Positions 1 through 13,127 of a stretch of DNA of 64,000 bases are shown here, one piece after another. The notes under the pieces are model-generated. The model was not told where the DNA came from, did no database searches, and saw only the letters and a program-made list of their open reading frames with translations. The position numbers and the translations under genes are program-made. Source of the DNA: a virus; the IMG/VR virus record IMGVR_UViG_3300026488_000021, positions 18,023-82,022 of that record, one strand, 5' to 3'. The stretch's first letter is position 1; every line of letters starts with the position of its first letter.

Positions 1-3000
1 AAGTTGTTTTATTGAGATACTGAATTAGAAAAATTATTACAAGATAAAGATATAAGATGATTGCAAAATTATTATAAAAATCTAGACAAAAAAGCTGCAC
101 AATATGATTTGGAGAATGCTGATGCTGCTCTAACCACATTAAACAGTCATACATATTTCCTAGAAAAAGTAAAAGATAAAATATTTTTTGCAGATAAAAC
201 TACGGTTGAAAGGAATACAAAAAGAATTTATAAAGATTGATTTAGAGATTTTTCTAATTTATATGATATCCGGAATGAAAGTAAATTTAAATATTGAGAT
301 ATCCTAAACCAATTAAGAAAAGAGAATAAGACAGAAGAGTATAATATCTCTGAAATACTAAACCAGATAAATCAACAAAGATGAACAAATTATAAATTTG
401 TATGATTTGTTAATAAAGATACTGCTCTTTTACAGGATTCTGAATGAAATGTTTTTGTAGTAAATACCTGAATGTTCCAACAAGATATCGATACAATCAT
501 AAATTACTTTTCTGCTGATATCGGTTGAGAATATTGAATGAAAGATTTTACACATGCAAAAGAAATAACAAAAAACAAATTTTGAGAAGATATTGCTAAC
601 AATATTTCAGATGTAGAAAAAGTTGCATATATAGAAGAACAATATAAAGAATTAAAAAAGAGATTCGATGAGTGAAAATTGTGAGACTTAACAAAAGAGG
701 AGGTTCAAGAACTTATCAGTTGATTAGAGAAAGAAGCAGATAGTTTGATAGAAGATAACCTAATAAGATATACTGAATTAGTTCATAAGTTTCCTGAGTA
801 TATAACTGGGAAGTTAGAACATAGATTTTGAGAAAATGTATTATCTACATTTTGAATTAATAGTTATTTAGTAAATTTATTGTCTAACATTGAATTAATT
901 GAAGAATATTCACCTGAATTAGCTACTATGATTAAGAAAATTTTAAGGGTTAATGAAACAAAAGTAAAGGATTTACAGATAGATTTATTAAAAAAATTAA
1001 ACACTTTAATTACAGAAAATCCTAAAATTGTAGATGAAATAGAGCAATACGAACCTATGATGGTAGTATTAGATACATTACAAAAGAGAATAAAAAACTT
1101 AGAAACAGATAAATGAATAAAATTAGAGGATGAGTTTTATATGTATTATCAAAAAGAATTATTAAATTTAGATAATTATGAAGATAAACTGATAAAATTT
1201 AAGAATTACATAAACCAATATTTAGAGAATATTGGTAAATGAGATTATAAGATTACAGATGAACAAATTATGGTTCAGAGGAATTTGTTCGAAAGGAGTA
1301 AAAATGCATTTTCAAAAGAATGATATGTTTGATATGCGTTCTTAAAATACTGAATTGATACTTCTATTAGAGTCCCATTTAAATATAAAATTAAAACTGA
1401 CTTACAGGTAATAACAAGAGAATTTGTAAAAGCTTATCCAAAGTTGGATGAAAATATATTATATGATAAGATAATAGATATTTTTTCTAAAAACAAAAAC
1501 TTAATTGTATGATTTAATAATCTTAGATCAACATTTGAACCTTTTGATAAAGCATACCAAGAATCTGTTTGAAGCCAATATAGTTTGATAGATATATTAC
1601 TACAAAAAGCTTGAATGAATGAAAACAATATTAAGAGAATCAAAGGGGATTTATATTGAAAATCAGTATTTTGAGATAATAAATGGTATGAAGTAATTTG
1701 AATAATTAGAGACATTTATTATAAAACTTCTATGACATTATTTGGTGGTAAAGGTTTATCTATTGCTTTCCAGAACTTATATACAATTCCTGAATCATTA
1801 TCATTATATCAAATAAAAAATCCTTGACAATATAAGGAATTCTTAAATATATTAAATGAATTAAATAATCAAAAAATAAAAAAGAAATTAGAACAAGAAA
1901 TATTCTCGCCATTAGAAAATGAGATTATAAAATATTCTGAAAATAACAAACTTACTTGGGATATTAGGATAGCAAATAAATTCAATTTATGGTTATACAA
2001 AATTCTTAAAAAATTTAATTTAAATAGTTTAGCTGATGCTGTATTAAACAAGAAACTTGTTCAGCAATTGAATTGAGTTATATTTAATCCTGCTGGTGTG
2101 GTAGATGAATTAGCTAAAAAAACTTTTGTTAAAGACAAAATATTTGACTATGTTCTTAACGATGCTTGAATTGATATGAATGAATTGAAATTATTAGTTG
2201 ATAAAGCTAACAAATGAGATTTAGAAGCATTAGCTACAATTAATAAACTAATAGATGATGCGAATGAAAAAGCTTTGGTAGAATATACAAGATTGTATAA
2301 AGTTGCTTATCATGCAGGTTTAACTAGGAATTCGTTTTCTAGACATATCTTCTTAAATATATTCTCTTCTTGGTGAAGTAAAAAATTTGCGTCATATATG
2401 ACAGACATATTTATTACACCTATTAGAGATGCTGCTACAATTTATAGAATAACTTGAAGTACAAAAGCAGCAACAGCTAGTTTATTTTCATCACTAGTTA
2501 AATCAAAAAGATTACAAGCAATTCTAAAACAATTATATATGGCTTCATTTTTAATATACAATATCCATAAAGATACAGAAGTTGACTGAGATGAAGTAAA
2601 AGCTATAAAAGAAGCACTAATCCCATTCCAAGCATTTCAATCGTTTGTTTTAACAAGAGCTATTGGTAAAGCTATTGACTACTGACTTATAGCATACAAA
2701 GATGATGCTGATTTTTGAAAAACATTGTTATGGACTTTACACTGATTTTGACAAGCAGTATTTAGTAATTTTATGAAAGATGTAAAATACTTTTGACAAT
2801 TAGTGTGACAACCAGCTATATATTTAGCTATGTGAAAAGATGACCAAGCTATTTACACATTCTTTTATAATCTTGTAAATGCAGCAAATACTACATTATC
2901 GTATAATATGTTTGATCAATATAAATGAGTATATACAACAAGATTTGATAGTAAAACTAGATTGTGATTGTTAGAATGAGCCTTATGATTTCCATTAACA

Positions 3001-4470
3001 AAATGGTGAGAAGAGAAATGGGATCTTGTAAATGAGAACAAATATAAAGAGTTTTTAAAGAAATGAATGTCTAGTATAGTAAAGGATTATAAATTATCAT
3101 TTTTATGAAGTTATTACGCAGCCAGTTATTCATATAAGTTTACTAAGCTATGACAACAATTAGATAGTGATGTTGACTTTAAAATAATGAAAGAAACTTG
3201 AGAAATTCCTGATAGTTTATTAGAAGATGATAAGAGTATAAATAAATTGTATAACTTTATAACAAAATCTGATTACTTACAATGATGGAATCTGGAATGA
3301 TGAACAACTGAATGGCAGTGAAAATTGTGATTAATATTTAATGAGCTACAAGAAAAATGATATGACCTAAATAAACTTATTGTAATAGTTAATTCTAGTT
3401 TAATTAAGTGAGATACACAGACAGCATTAAAATTGCTAGCTTGATTAGACACAAAAGCAGGTGCAACTATGATTACAGCATATATGGCGCAAAAGGAATA
3501 CCAATCATTAGTAAATAATTTAAAAACATCTTTGTGAGTTAAGAAAATATCTGATATACCACAAGACACATTAAGACAAATAAAAGTAAATATTATTAAA
3601 AAATACCTTCCTGTATTAGAATGATTAGATAAGCATTTACACTCAAAAGTATCATGATACTACATACAAAAAACATATTGAGATAATAAAGACTTATATA
3701 CAAATGATATTAAAAAAGATATGGAATTAGAGTTATTTGCAGAACTAATAGATTTACAAAAAACAGATTTTAATAATCAATTATTTACTAGTATCCCTGC
3801 TAAGTTATTGAGAGATACTGATAAAGAAAACTTCCAACCTATGTTAGATAGACTTTGGAATTTAATAGATAATTTATGAGTATCATCTACTACAAAGACT
3901 ATTGCTAAAACTGCATTGTTATATGCAAATTTAAATAAGGTTAAGGATTTATTATTATCTAATCCAGATAAATATTGACCTTACGTAAATAAACTTGCTG
4001 ATTTAATTTGGGAAACAGACAAGAGAATTCAAGCTAATCCGGAAATATTAGAATGATTATTTTCAAACAATACAAAGGTAAAACCAAATAGATTTGGATT
4101 AGTAGATACAAAACCTGCTAAATTAGCTAGGCATATAAAGAAAGAGATTTCTAAACTAAAAGAGTTAACTTTAAAACTACCGACATATAAACCAAAAGCA
4201 TTCTCAAAAATTAAATATTCGGTATACAATCCTAAAACTTTAAAAACTAATATTAAAATAGATGCAAATAAAATCTGAATTAGAAGAGAAAAATTGAAAC
4301 CAATCAACCCAGGACAACTTAGAACTGAAATCCTTAGAACAAGAGAAAAATATATTAAAGCCAAAAGAGCTAGGAAACCTAAAACAAAACCTGTTGGAAA
4401 AACATACAAGAAGACAAAACCAAATAAAGCAACTAGAACAAAAATTAAACCAAGTAGGGTTAACAGATAA
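1..4470 (+). CDS. Giant (>1489 aa, 5'-truncated) protein, probable internal virion/DNA-ejection protein
   Basis: Frame 1 reads open to TAA at 4468-4470 with TGA=Gly. Helical, with hydrophobic segments and a K/R-rich tail. Function inferred from size and context. Confidence 0.6.
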
Positions 4471-4939
4471 TTTTACCTTTAAAAAATTAAAAGATCAAAT
4501 ATTTAATTCTATCAGGATAGCTCCTAATTGAGAAGCTATTCCTGATTTTCCTAATATGCTATCAGCAATTAAAATACGGAAAATCCTTAGATGATACCAA
4601 AAAAAAGGTCTAACTCTCGAAGACCTTTTATGATTGACTGATGAATTATCTAATAAGGCAAAAGTTCACATTTTATTAGATGAAATTTGATTAACCGATG
4701 AGGCTGTATTTGAACAATTAAAATATATTATGGAGAATGCTTATTTTGTTGTAAAAACTGAGGACTGATATGTAAAAGCTCCTGAAAATAAAACCATAAA
4801 TATGGCTGTAAGAGAATATAGTCTGTTAAAAGATTACATCGAAGATGATACTATGAATGCTTTAAATTTGTTTAAAGTAGATAATCACAGATTACAAATA
4901 ATCTTTTGAGATGAATTATCTCTTCCAGATTACCATTAG
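4262..4939 (+). CDS. Hypothetical protein, terminase small subunit-like, with an internal duplication
   Basis: ATG 4262 to TAG 4939. Two copies of GLTD..(F)..LK...(P-D/E)...A. Overlaps the upstream gene by 209 nt. Confidence 0.5.
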
Positions 4940-5240
4940 GCTTCATCTGATAAAGGGATGAAGCTTTTTCTTTTTTAAAATAAACTAAAACAAAAGCATT
5001 TGGATACAATTCTTTTAGGTTACCTATTTGATGTTCTTTTAATAGTCTCTTAATATTTGTTTTTGAGGTTGGTGCTACTTTCAATTCTACTGCTTTTATG
5101 TTTCATTTATATGATATAAATGTATCAAAGGGTTTTCTAACATTTCAAATATCTGGAATTTTATAAATCCATCATCACATTTGTCTTATTAGTTTAGTAA
5201 AAACAGCTTGAAAATCTTTTTCTTTTTCTATTGAAATCAT
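4872..5240 (-). CDS. PD-(D/E)XK nuclease, Holliday junction resolvase (RecU/VRR-NUC-like)
   Basis: MISIEKEKDFQ...KIPDIG..KPFD...AVELK...EHQ. Confidence 0.75.
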
Positions 5241-5290
5241 TGATAAGTTTGTTATAAAATTTAAAGATATTTATTCCTTATAATAAAGAT

Positions 5291-5662
5291 ATGAAATACA
5301 ATATTCAAGATTTAATTAAGAAAGCTGTATCATTAGAAAAAAGAATGATTGACAATAATAATAAACAAGCACTTATAGATTATCTTAATTTGTTTACTCA
5401 GATAAAAACTATTGTTGAGGATTTAAGAGTTACTATGTTTACTGATTTCTTAGAGAATAATTGATTACAACAATTCTCAATGTTAAGAACTGACGATAAT
5501 ATCGCTACTGTTATTATTGCAGAATGAAGACCAAAAGAAATTGTAGATGCTGCTAAGAATTTTAGAAGATGTAAAATTTTGTTAGCAAGAATGCATAAGT
5601 TTATAGATGCATTACCAGATAGTTATTTAAAAGTAAATATAACAGATTTAGAAGTAAAATAG
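5291..5662 (+). CDS. Hypothetical protein
   Basis: 123-aa ORF with TGA=Gly, A-rich start context. Confidence 0.6.
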
Positions 5663-5666
5663 TATA

Positions 5667-6170
5667 ATGCCAAAAACTTTAACAAAAGTGAAGAGAGAGA
5701 TTATTGTTTTGAATAATGTTACCCATAAAGAAGAAATTATAAATCAATGATGAGTAACAAAATTTTTACAATTAGATGACACTCCAAATTCTTTTTCTTG
5801 ACAAGCTTGAAAAGTTGTAGTTGTTAAAGACACAGAAGATTGATTAGAATTTTCTTCTGCTAGCAATGTGAAAGAGTTGTGAGATTTAGAAGATGTGGAT
5901 TTAACTTGAATACAAGATAAATTTATTTTAAAATATGATGCTAGTAGTTGAACTTGGAAAGTATCAGAGGATAAATCTGATAAATATTATGAACAAGAAT
6001 TTACTGATGCTACTAGTGTAGATGTACCTCACAACCTTTGAAAGTATCCTTGTGTGATTATAATGGATACAACCTGAATGGCTTTACAATGAGATATTCA
6101 ATATGTAGATTTAAATAATGTGAAAATTTATTTTAACGAAGCGACTAGCGGGAAAGTAGTGTGTAATTAA
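5667..6170 (+). CDS. Virion fibre/decoration protein
   Basis: FLQLDDTPNSFSGQAGKVVVV, LGDLEDV, HNLGKYP motifs typical of phage fibre/appendage proteins. Confidence 0.65.
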
Positions 6171-6224
6171 TCTTGCCTGTGTAATAGTCACAGGCAGAAT
6201 GTTTTATATCTTATAGTTATAGAA

Positions 6225-7235
6225 ATGGCAAGAAAATTCTTAGTTGATTTAGATCTAAACCAAAACCAGTTATTGAACGGTGTTATTCATAAAGGAACAT
6301 CTGAGCCAACATCAGCAGTTGAAGGACAAATTTTTTTCAATACATCGGAAGATAAGCTTAAAATTTATGATGGCTCTGCTTGGATTGTATTACAAGATAA
6401 TGCTAGTGCATTATTATCAGATTTAAATGATACAGATATCCAATCTGTTGCAGATGCGCAAGTATTAATTTATAATTCATCTACTGGTAAGTGGGAAAAT
6501 AAAACTTTATCAGGGGATATATCAGTAGATAATACAGGAGCTGTTACAATTAATGATGGTGCGGTTCAATTTGATGATATTGATAGTAATGCCATCTCAT
6601 CTGACTTAGCAAATGATGCTAGTTCTACAAAAGTAGCGAGAGCGGATGCTGTTAAGTCTTATGTTGATAACGCTGTTGCAACTACTGATGCATTCACACT
6701 TAAAGGTGAGATTGATGCTAGTACAAATCCAGATTATCCTGCTGCTGATGCTGGTGATGCTTATGTAATTAGTGTTGCTGGTAAAGTTGGTTGAACTAAT
6801 GGTACACCTGTGGAAGTAGGTGATATGATTATCTGTAAGCAAGATGGAACTGCTAGTTGAGACGAGGCAACAGTAGGTGATAAGTGGATTAAGATACAAA
6901 GAAACACTGATTACGCTACAACTGATGTAATGGGTCTTGTTAAATTAGCTACACAAGCAGAAGCAGAAGCTAAATCTGATACTCAAAAAGTAGTAACACC
7001 TGCTACATTAGTAAACTATACAAAAAGGTTTTCACAAGCATTTGGTAATACAACTGATACAAGTTATACAATTACACATAACCTAGATAATAAGTTTGTA
7101 GTTGCTAAGGTTTATGATAGCTCAACAGGAGCAGAAGTTGAAACAGATATTACTTTGATTGATAATAATTCTTTAAGAGTAGATGTCTCAACAGCACCAG
7201 GCGATAATGCATTGACAATTGCTATAATTGGATAA
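6225..7235 (+). CDS. Fibre/appendage structural protein (336 aa)
   Basis: Track ORFs 6225 and 6930 join through two TGA. Motifs GQIFFNT..LKIYDG.W, LSDLND, GLVKLATQAE, ITHNL. Confidence 0.75.
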
Positions 7236-7243
7236 TAATTTAT

Positions 7244-7267
7244 AGGGGAGGTTTCTTCCTCCCTTTG
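7244..7267 (+). terminator. Probable intrinsic terminator hairpin
   Basis: AGGGGAGG-tttctt-CCTCCCCT just after the 6225 gene. Confidence 0.6.
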
Positions 7268-7302
7268 AATTGTTGAATACTTTAATTGAATAATTCAAAT
7301 TG

Positions 7303-7506
7303 ATGAAGAAACTTAACCCTATTGAGCTAAAAAAAATACAATCAACTGCACAAGCCGATAATTGATATGTAAAACTTTATATAAAAGATGATGGAAATCT
7401 ATATATACAAGACGAGAATTGAAATGAAAAGATGTTAGCTGTAAATGGAGAATTAGTTGATCTAAACACTAAGAAATATATGTGGCTTATGAGTTTAAAT
7501 AATTAA
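7303..7506 (+). CDS. Small virion-associated protein
   Basis: GYVKLYIKDDGNLYIQDENGNE, within the fibre cluster. Confidence 0.55.
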
Positions 7507-7514
7507 TAACTAAG

Positions 7515-8150
7515 ATGAAACCAATTGTTTTAGAAAATTGATATTCATTAGTAGCTTCACTGTGAGAAGCTACAAATAGTAGCAATGTAAATTATTGTAT
7601 ATCATACAGTATAAGTTGAACTAGTTTTGAAGAAAAGATAGCTGTATGATGATTATCTAATACTAGCGATACTACACTATTAGACAATCAAACTACAGAT
7701 AAATATGTTATAGCTAACATATCGTTTTATAATGAAGACGATATTCAACATACTATTTATCTAAAAATTAATGATTGAACTAATACATATACAATCGAAA
7801 AATATTGAATAAGTAATTGAGATAGTACCTGATGAGACTGAGCTTGAAACTGAGTAGATGAAAAGGTAAAAGCTGATAGTTGAGATCCTATTGCTTGATA
7901 CTTGTCTGATAAAGTAGATTGAAATACTATTGAAGTTGATAGTAATAATCATAATATTAAAGTAGCACAAGCATATGACGCTATATTAGTACATAAAAAT
8001 TGAGATGAAACTATATGATGAAATAAGATATTTAGTAATAACCTAGAAATAAGCAATCCTTGATGATGACTTGTTCTTACAGATAGTAATGGGAATAGGT
8101 ATTTATTAAAAGTAGATGATAATGGAGATTTAGAACTTAATAGTCTATAA
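7515..8150 (+). CDS. Tail fibre-related protein with shared C-terminal motif
   Basis: KVKADSGD..AGYLSDKVDG, VHKNGDETIGGNKIF; C-terminus GGGLVLTDSNGNRYLLKVDDNGDLELNSL. Confidence 0.7.
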
Positions 8151-9055
8151 TGTATGGTAGATTAAAAGCACAAAACTTCTACAAAACTACATTAGCTTCA
8201 CAAATACCTGCCTGAGATCCTTCTGATACAACAGAGAAATCTTTCCAAGTATCAGAAGCTCCTGTTGGTAAAATGTGATGGTTAATTGTAGATTTTGTAA
8301 ATAATAAAAGAGAAATCATCTTTTATCATAATGTAAATTGAAATACAGTTTATTATTATGATTATAATAGACAATATCCGTCTTATACTCACGAGATTGG
8401 TAGTATAATACAAATGAATGATGTGGCTGAAATTATAAATCGGTTAAGTAATAATATAGATGATTTGTGATATATACAAAAGAAAACTTGATTAAACATA
8501 CTGGTAAGATGAGGTATTGTATTCTGAAAGAATTGACCAATTGAAATATGAGATACAGAAATTATATTAGATGATAATTCTACAAGTTATATTGTTGTTG
8601 ATTTTAATGACAATTTAATTAAAAAAGTAGATAGTATAGAGGTTAATCATATACCATTAGCAAGAGTTGTGACAGCTTGATGAAATATTATAACAATTAA
8701 TAATATTAAGTCTACTGTAAGATGATATATAACCTGGGATATGATAGATAAAAGCTGAAGTAAATTAAATGATATAGAAGATGTTGATGTTGATAGCGTC
8801 TCGGATTGAAAGGTGTTGATATATAATTGAGTATGAAATAAATGGCAAGCTGGCTGAAATGTTACATCTGAACATTTCACTGATTTAATTGATACGCCAG
8901 GTGGGTATTCCGGTGAATGATGAAAGATGTTATATGTAATGCCTGATGAAAGTTGAATATGATTCACTAAGGATGTTATTTTACAATGAGATGATTGAAA
9001 TATTTATCAATTAAAAGTTAATTCTGACTGATTATTAGAATTACATTCTTTATAA
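8150..9055 (+). CDS. Tail fibre/baseplate-related protein with shared C-terminal motif
   Basis: AQNFYKTTLAS..., IPLARVVTAGG; C-terminus ILQGDDGNIYQLKVNSDGLLELHSL. Confidence 0.7.
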
Positions 9056-9068
9056 TTAAACAATTAAG

Positions 9069-10112
9069 ATGACTTTAAAAGGTATAAATGCTAGTGAATA
9101 TAAAAGAAATTGAGTCGCTGAAATGCAACCTAATTGACTTATGGTGCTTAATAGTAATTGAGATGTAGAAGCACCTAGTGGTAAGAAGTTTGTTTGAGAT
9201 GGGAGTGGATTAAGTAATATTCAAGCACAGACTTTTGTTTTTGGCGATTGAAGTGATTGAGATTTAATAATAACATCTTGAACTACTAATCTGAACTTAA
9301 ATCAAGCTTATCAATTTTCTAGCATAAATATTGCTAGTGGTGCTACATTGTCGACAACAGATACAAACTGAAATATGCTAATTAAATGTAATTGAGATGT
9401 TCAAATCGATTGAGATATAGATTTAAATGGTAAGTCGTATTTAGACTTTAAGTCTCTATTTTGAATAGAAATTAGTTGATGAATATGATGAACTGCTTGA
9501 AGATGATGATATTGATGAACTGTTGATGGTGGTGATGGAACTGGTGAATGATGACACTCATATATGGTATATACGAATTACTACAGCAAAGATTGAGGTC
9601 AATGAAGTTGATGAGGTTGATGAGGGGCAGTAGACGAGGATGAACATTCAAATTGAGGAATCGGTACACTGACTACTGGTGGTAATTGATGAAGTGTTAG
9701 TGATGCAACTTGATGAAAGGGAGGTGACCCAGGTGAAAGATGATTAGCTTGATGAGGACTTGTACTTAATTGTAAGAATATAGAATTGAATGGTAATATA
9801 TATCTGAATTGAGAAGACTGATGAAATTGAGAAAATGGTACAAATTGAACTAGAAGTAGTACATACGAGACTAATGCTGGTGGTTGATGAGGTGGTTGAG
9901 GTAGTGGTTGATGAGGTGGTTGATTTTTTATACTTTTTACACCCAAAGATATTACATTAAGTAATATTTATGTTAATTGAGGTAATTGATGAATAGGTGG
10001 TCTATGATGACAATGAACTGCTGGAAGTGATTCTAACTGAGATAATTGATGAGATTGACAAGCTGGTGCTAATGGGAATATTAAATTTATAAATGTAAAT
10101 AAATTATTCTAA
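9069..10112 (+). CDS. Glycine-rich tail fibre / receptor-binding protein
   Basis: FGDGSDGDL, GGGGGGGGSGGGGGGFFIL encoded by mixed TGA/GGT codons. Confidence 0.8.
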
Positions 10113-10382
10113 ATGCATATAGAACTATTATTTAATAACGAGTTCATAGTCTGACTTAGAACTAATTGGCATAATCCTAAAAATCCCCCCAAACCAGAGA
10201 ATGTCTATAATCTACCTGCTAGTGAGGTTAAAAGACTTATAGAATTTTTAGCAGGTAGACCTGTTGTAAAATGTTTGGATAATGAAAAACCAGACTTTGA
10301 ATATCATAATCTAAAATTAAGAGCACTTGATTTAGGTAATGTAAAAGCTTTAAAATCGGTTAAAAGATATTTAGATAAATAA
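10113..10382 (+). CDS. Hypothetical protein
   Basis: 89-aa ORF immediately after the fibre gene. Confidence 0.55.
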
Positions 10383-10393
10383 TTTTTCAAAAA

Positions 10394-10870
10394 ATGTTCT
10401 ACTGAATTAAAAATTGAAAAGTGTTTATTATAAGTGAAGAGAAAACAAAAGTAAAAGTAGATAAATGGGTAGAAAGTGATGTAGTCAATTGAGTTTATGA
10501 AGATTGAAAAATTGTACCAAAAGAAGAAAGTGAAGAATACAAAAAACAAATGGAAGAATATAAACAAAAAATGTTAGAAGAAGAAATACAAAAAATAAAT
10601 AAATGTTTTGACAAAACAATTAAAGATTATATTAAGGCCTACCCAGAAATGGAAGTAGAAACCTGGGAGACAAAGAGAGTAGAAGCTGAAAAAGTACTAG
10701 CTTGACAAGAAAGTGAATATCTAAACAAGCTAGCAGAAGCAAAAGGTGTAGATGTTAAAGAACTAGCCAAAAAAATAAAAGAGAAAGCAGATGCTTATGC
10801 TGATATGTATACTAAACTAGAAGCTGAAAAAGATAAAAAAATAGAAGAGTTAAAACAAAAACTTAAATAG
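10394..10870 (+). CDS. Tail fibre assembly chaperone-like protein
   Basis: YPEMEVETWETKRVEA...LAEAKGVDVKELAKKI motif, downstream of fibres. Confidence 0.6.
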
Positions 10871-10891
10871 GGCAACCGCCCTATGATTAAA

Positions 10892-10919
10892 TTGAAAAAT
10901 AAAGACAAATGACTATACT
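10892..10919 (+). promoter_or_regulatory. Sigma70-type promoter
   Basis: TTGAAA-N16-TATACT after the hairpin ATAGGGC-aacc-GCCCTAT. Confidence 0.6.
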
Positions 10920-10960
10920 ACCACATATAGTGGTAGTTTATTTTTTTATATACATACATA

Positions 10961-12427
10961 ATGAAACACGATAGAGAAGTCTTATTGCGCGTAAAAGAGT
11001 TAAACGAACAAGGATACAAATCTAAAGAAATTAAAAAAATAATTGAAGAAGAATTATGAATTGTTGTTAGTGATAGAACAGTGAGATGGTGGTTAAAAAA
11101 TAAAATTGATGAACTTGAAAACGATTTAAAAAAGTTAAATGATGAAATAGAAAGCAGACAGACATTTGAGATTATAGAGAATGAAGATTGAAGTGTAGAC
11201 ATTGTAATGTATAGGAAAGTATGAGAAGAAAAACATAGGTATGTGTTTCCGTTAGAATTAATAGTTAATATATTTAAGGATTATTCTAGATATGGATGAA
11301 ATCTATCTTGATTACAAGTTCAAAGGAAATACAACTTAAAACCTGAAGCTTGGCAATTACTTAAGAATAGATTAAACTTGTACAAAGATAGTGATGTAAT
11401 TCCTGATTGGGCGTTGGAATATGTAGAATGAAAATGGTGAGAGGATAAGGTTGAAGAAGTGATTAGAGATGTAACATATGAAGCTGTACAGAATAAATAC
11501 AAGAATAAATTAGTAAAACAATATGAAAGACAAAAAGATAGAGAATACGAGAAAGCTATCAAAAAACTATATGACTTAGAGGAGTTTTTATGAATGTTAA
11601 AAGAATACCTGGAATCTTATAACCCTGAGAAAATTATTACAGCTGAAGATTTAAACAAACTACACAGACAAAACTTAGATAAACATAATAACGATACATT
11701 ATATACTGCAATAACTGATATACATATCGGTAAAGAAGATACAGATAAAATTATAGAAAGAATAAAACAGGTTACCGAATATGTTTGTAATAGACCAGAA
11801 AGAAATGTTAAGTTGTTTATATTATGAGACATACTTGAAACTATTGTAAGATGATGAATGCATGTATGACAGACAGATGATATGGATTGACCATATGGAT
11901 TTGATTTGATAATGAAAACTGTTGAAGTATTTGAAGAGATGTTTGTTAGAATATATAGCAGTTGAAAGAAACTAGATGTATATGGTATAACTTGAAATCA
12001 CGATCGTATTGGTCAAAAAGATAGCTTTGAATATACAGGGTGACTTATTATTTATGAAATGATAAGAAGATGACTGCAACAACTAGAAATAGAAATTAAC
12101 TATCTAAGAGAAGTTTGGAATACAGTAGAGACAGATGATTTTACCTTTATACTTCAACATTGACATATTTGATGAACTAAGAGAAGATTGTCTGATATAC
12201 TATGGGAATATGGGAACTCACAGAAATATAATATCTTACTTCAAGGTCATATACATTCTTGAGTACTTGAAGAATGAAATAGAAAATGAATGAGGATTAT
12301 TGTGCCATCGCTAGCTGGTGATTGAATGTACAATAAAGCCTTATGAATCAGTAGTAGCACCTGATTTGTAGTAATTAAAAAATGAATTAAAGATAAGCCC
12401 GAGGTGAGTTTTATTTATTTAGATTAA
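10961..12427 (+). CDS. Calcineurin-like metallophosphoesterase/nuclease with N-terminal HTH
   Basis: TDIHIG, LGDILE, TGNHDR, QHGH, QGHIH motifs, several with TGA at the invariant Gly. Confidence 0.85.
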
Positions 12428-12430
12428 TAG

Positions 12431-12682
12431 ATGAAAACAATAAAAATAAGAGATTATGTAAACTGAGCAAAGGTAGTGTGAAGTTGGGAAACTTGAAAAA
12501 AGATTAGAGAAGACATTGACAAATACGACAAGGCCATACTTGATTTCGAGTGAATAGAAACTACATGTACTGCTGTATTTAATAATATGTTATACGACTT
12601 TGATAAAATAAAAGATAAAGTTAAATTTAAAAACTGTAATGATTATATTAAAAAAATTATAATAGAAGTAATTAATTTATAA
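12431..12682 (+). CDS. STAS-like (DUF4325-type) small protein
   Basis: IKIRDY...GKKIRE....AILDFEGIE..T.VFNN...KVKFKN. Confidence 0.55.
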
Positions 12683-12699
12683 CTTTAAATAATTATAAA

Positions 12700-13077
12700 A
12701 TGGAGTTAAATCTAAACCTATCTTCCTGAAGATTAATAGAATACAACTCAGATAAGGAACAACTAAGTTTGTTGGAGATAGATAAAAACGAAGATTGAAA
12801 TGAAGAATTAAATGTGTCGACATATAATACTGATGATGTGTCAGATCTAACTGACTTGATATATGATTTAACATATGAGATGTATGATAAGTATTGAGAA
12901 AATTATTATGTTATAAAGTGATGCTGACATAAGTTAGAATGTGAATGATACTGAGACAAGAAAAATAAAAGGTGAGTATTATTAAATATCTGAAGGTTGT
13001 TATATGAATATTGGAATTGAGAATATGATGAAAACGAGACTATAAGTTATATAAAAAAAGAATTAAGCTCTGACTAG
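12700..13077 (+). CDS. Acidic hypothetical protein
   Basis: 125-aa ORF with TGA=Gly, followed by a terminator. Confidence 0.55.
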
Positions 13078-13127
13078 ACGTCAGAGTTTTTTATTTAAAT
13101 AAAAAAACCTTGCCGCGATGGCAAGGT
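13067..13127. terminator. Convergent intrinsic terminators
   Basis: GCTCTGAC-tagac-GTCAGAGT+T-run (+) and ACCTTGCC-gcgat-GGCAAGGT with T-run on (-). Confidence 0.7.
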
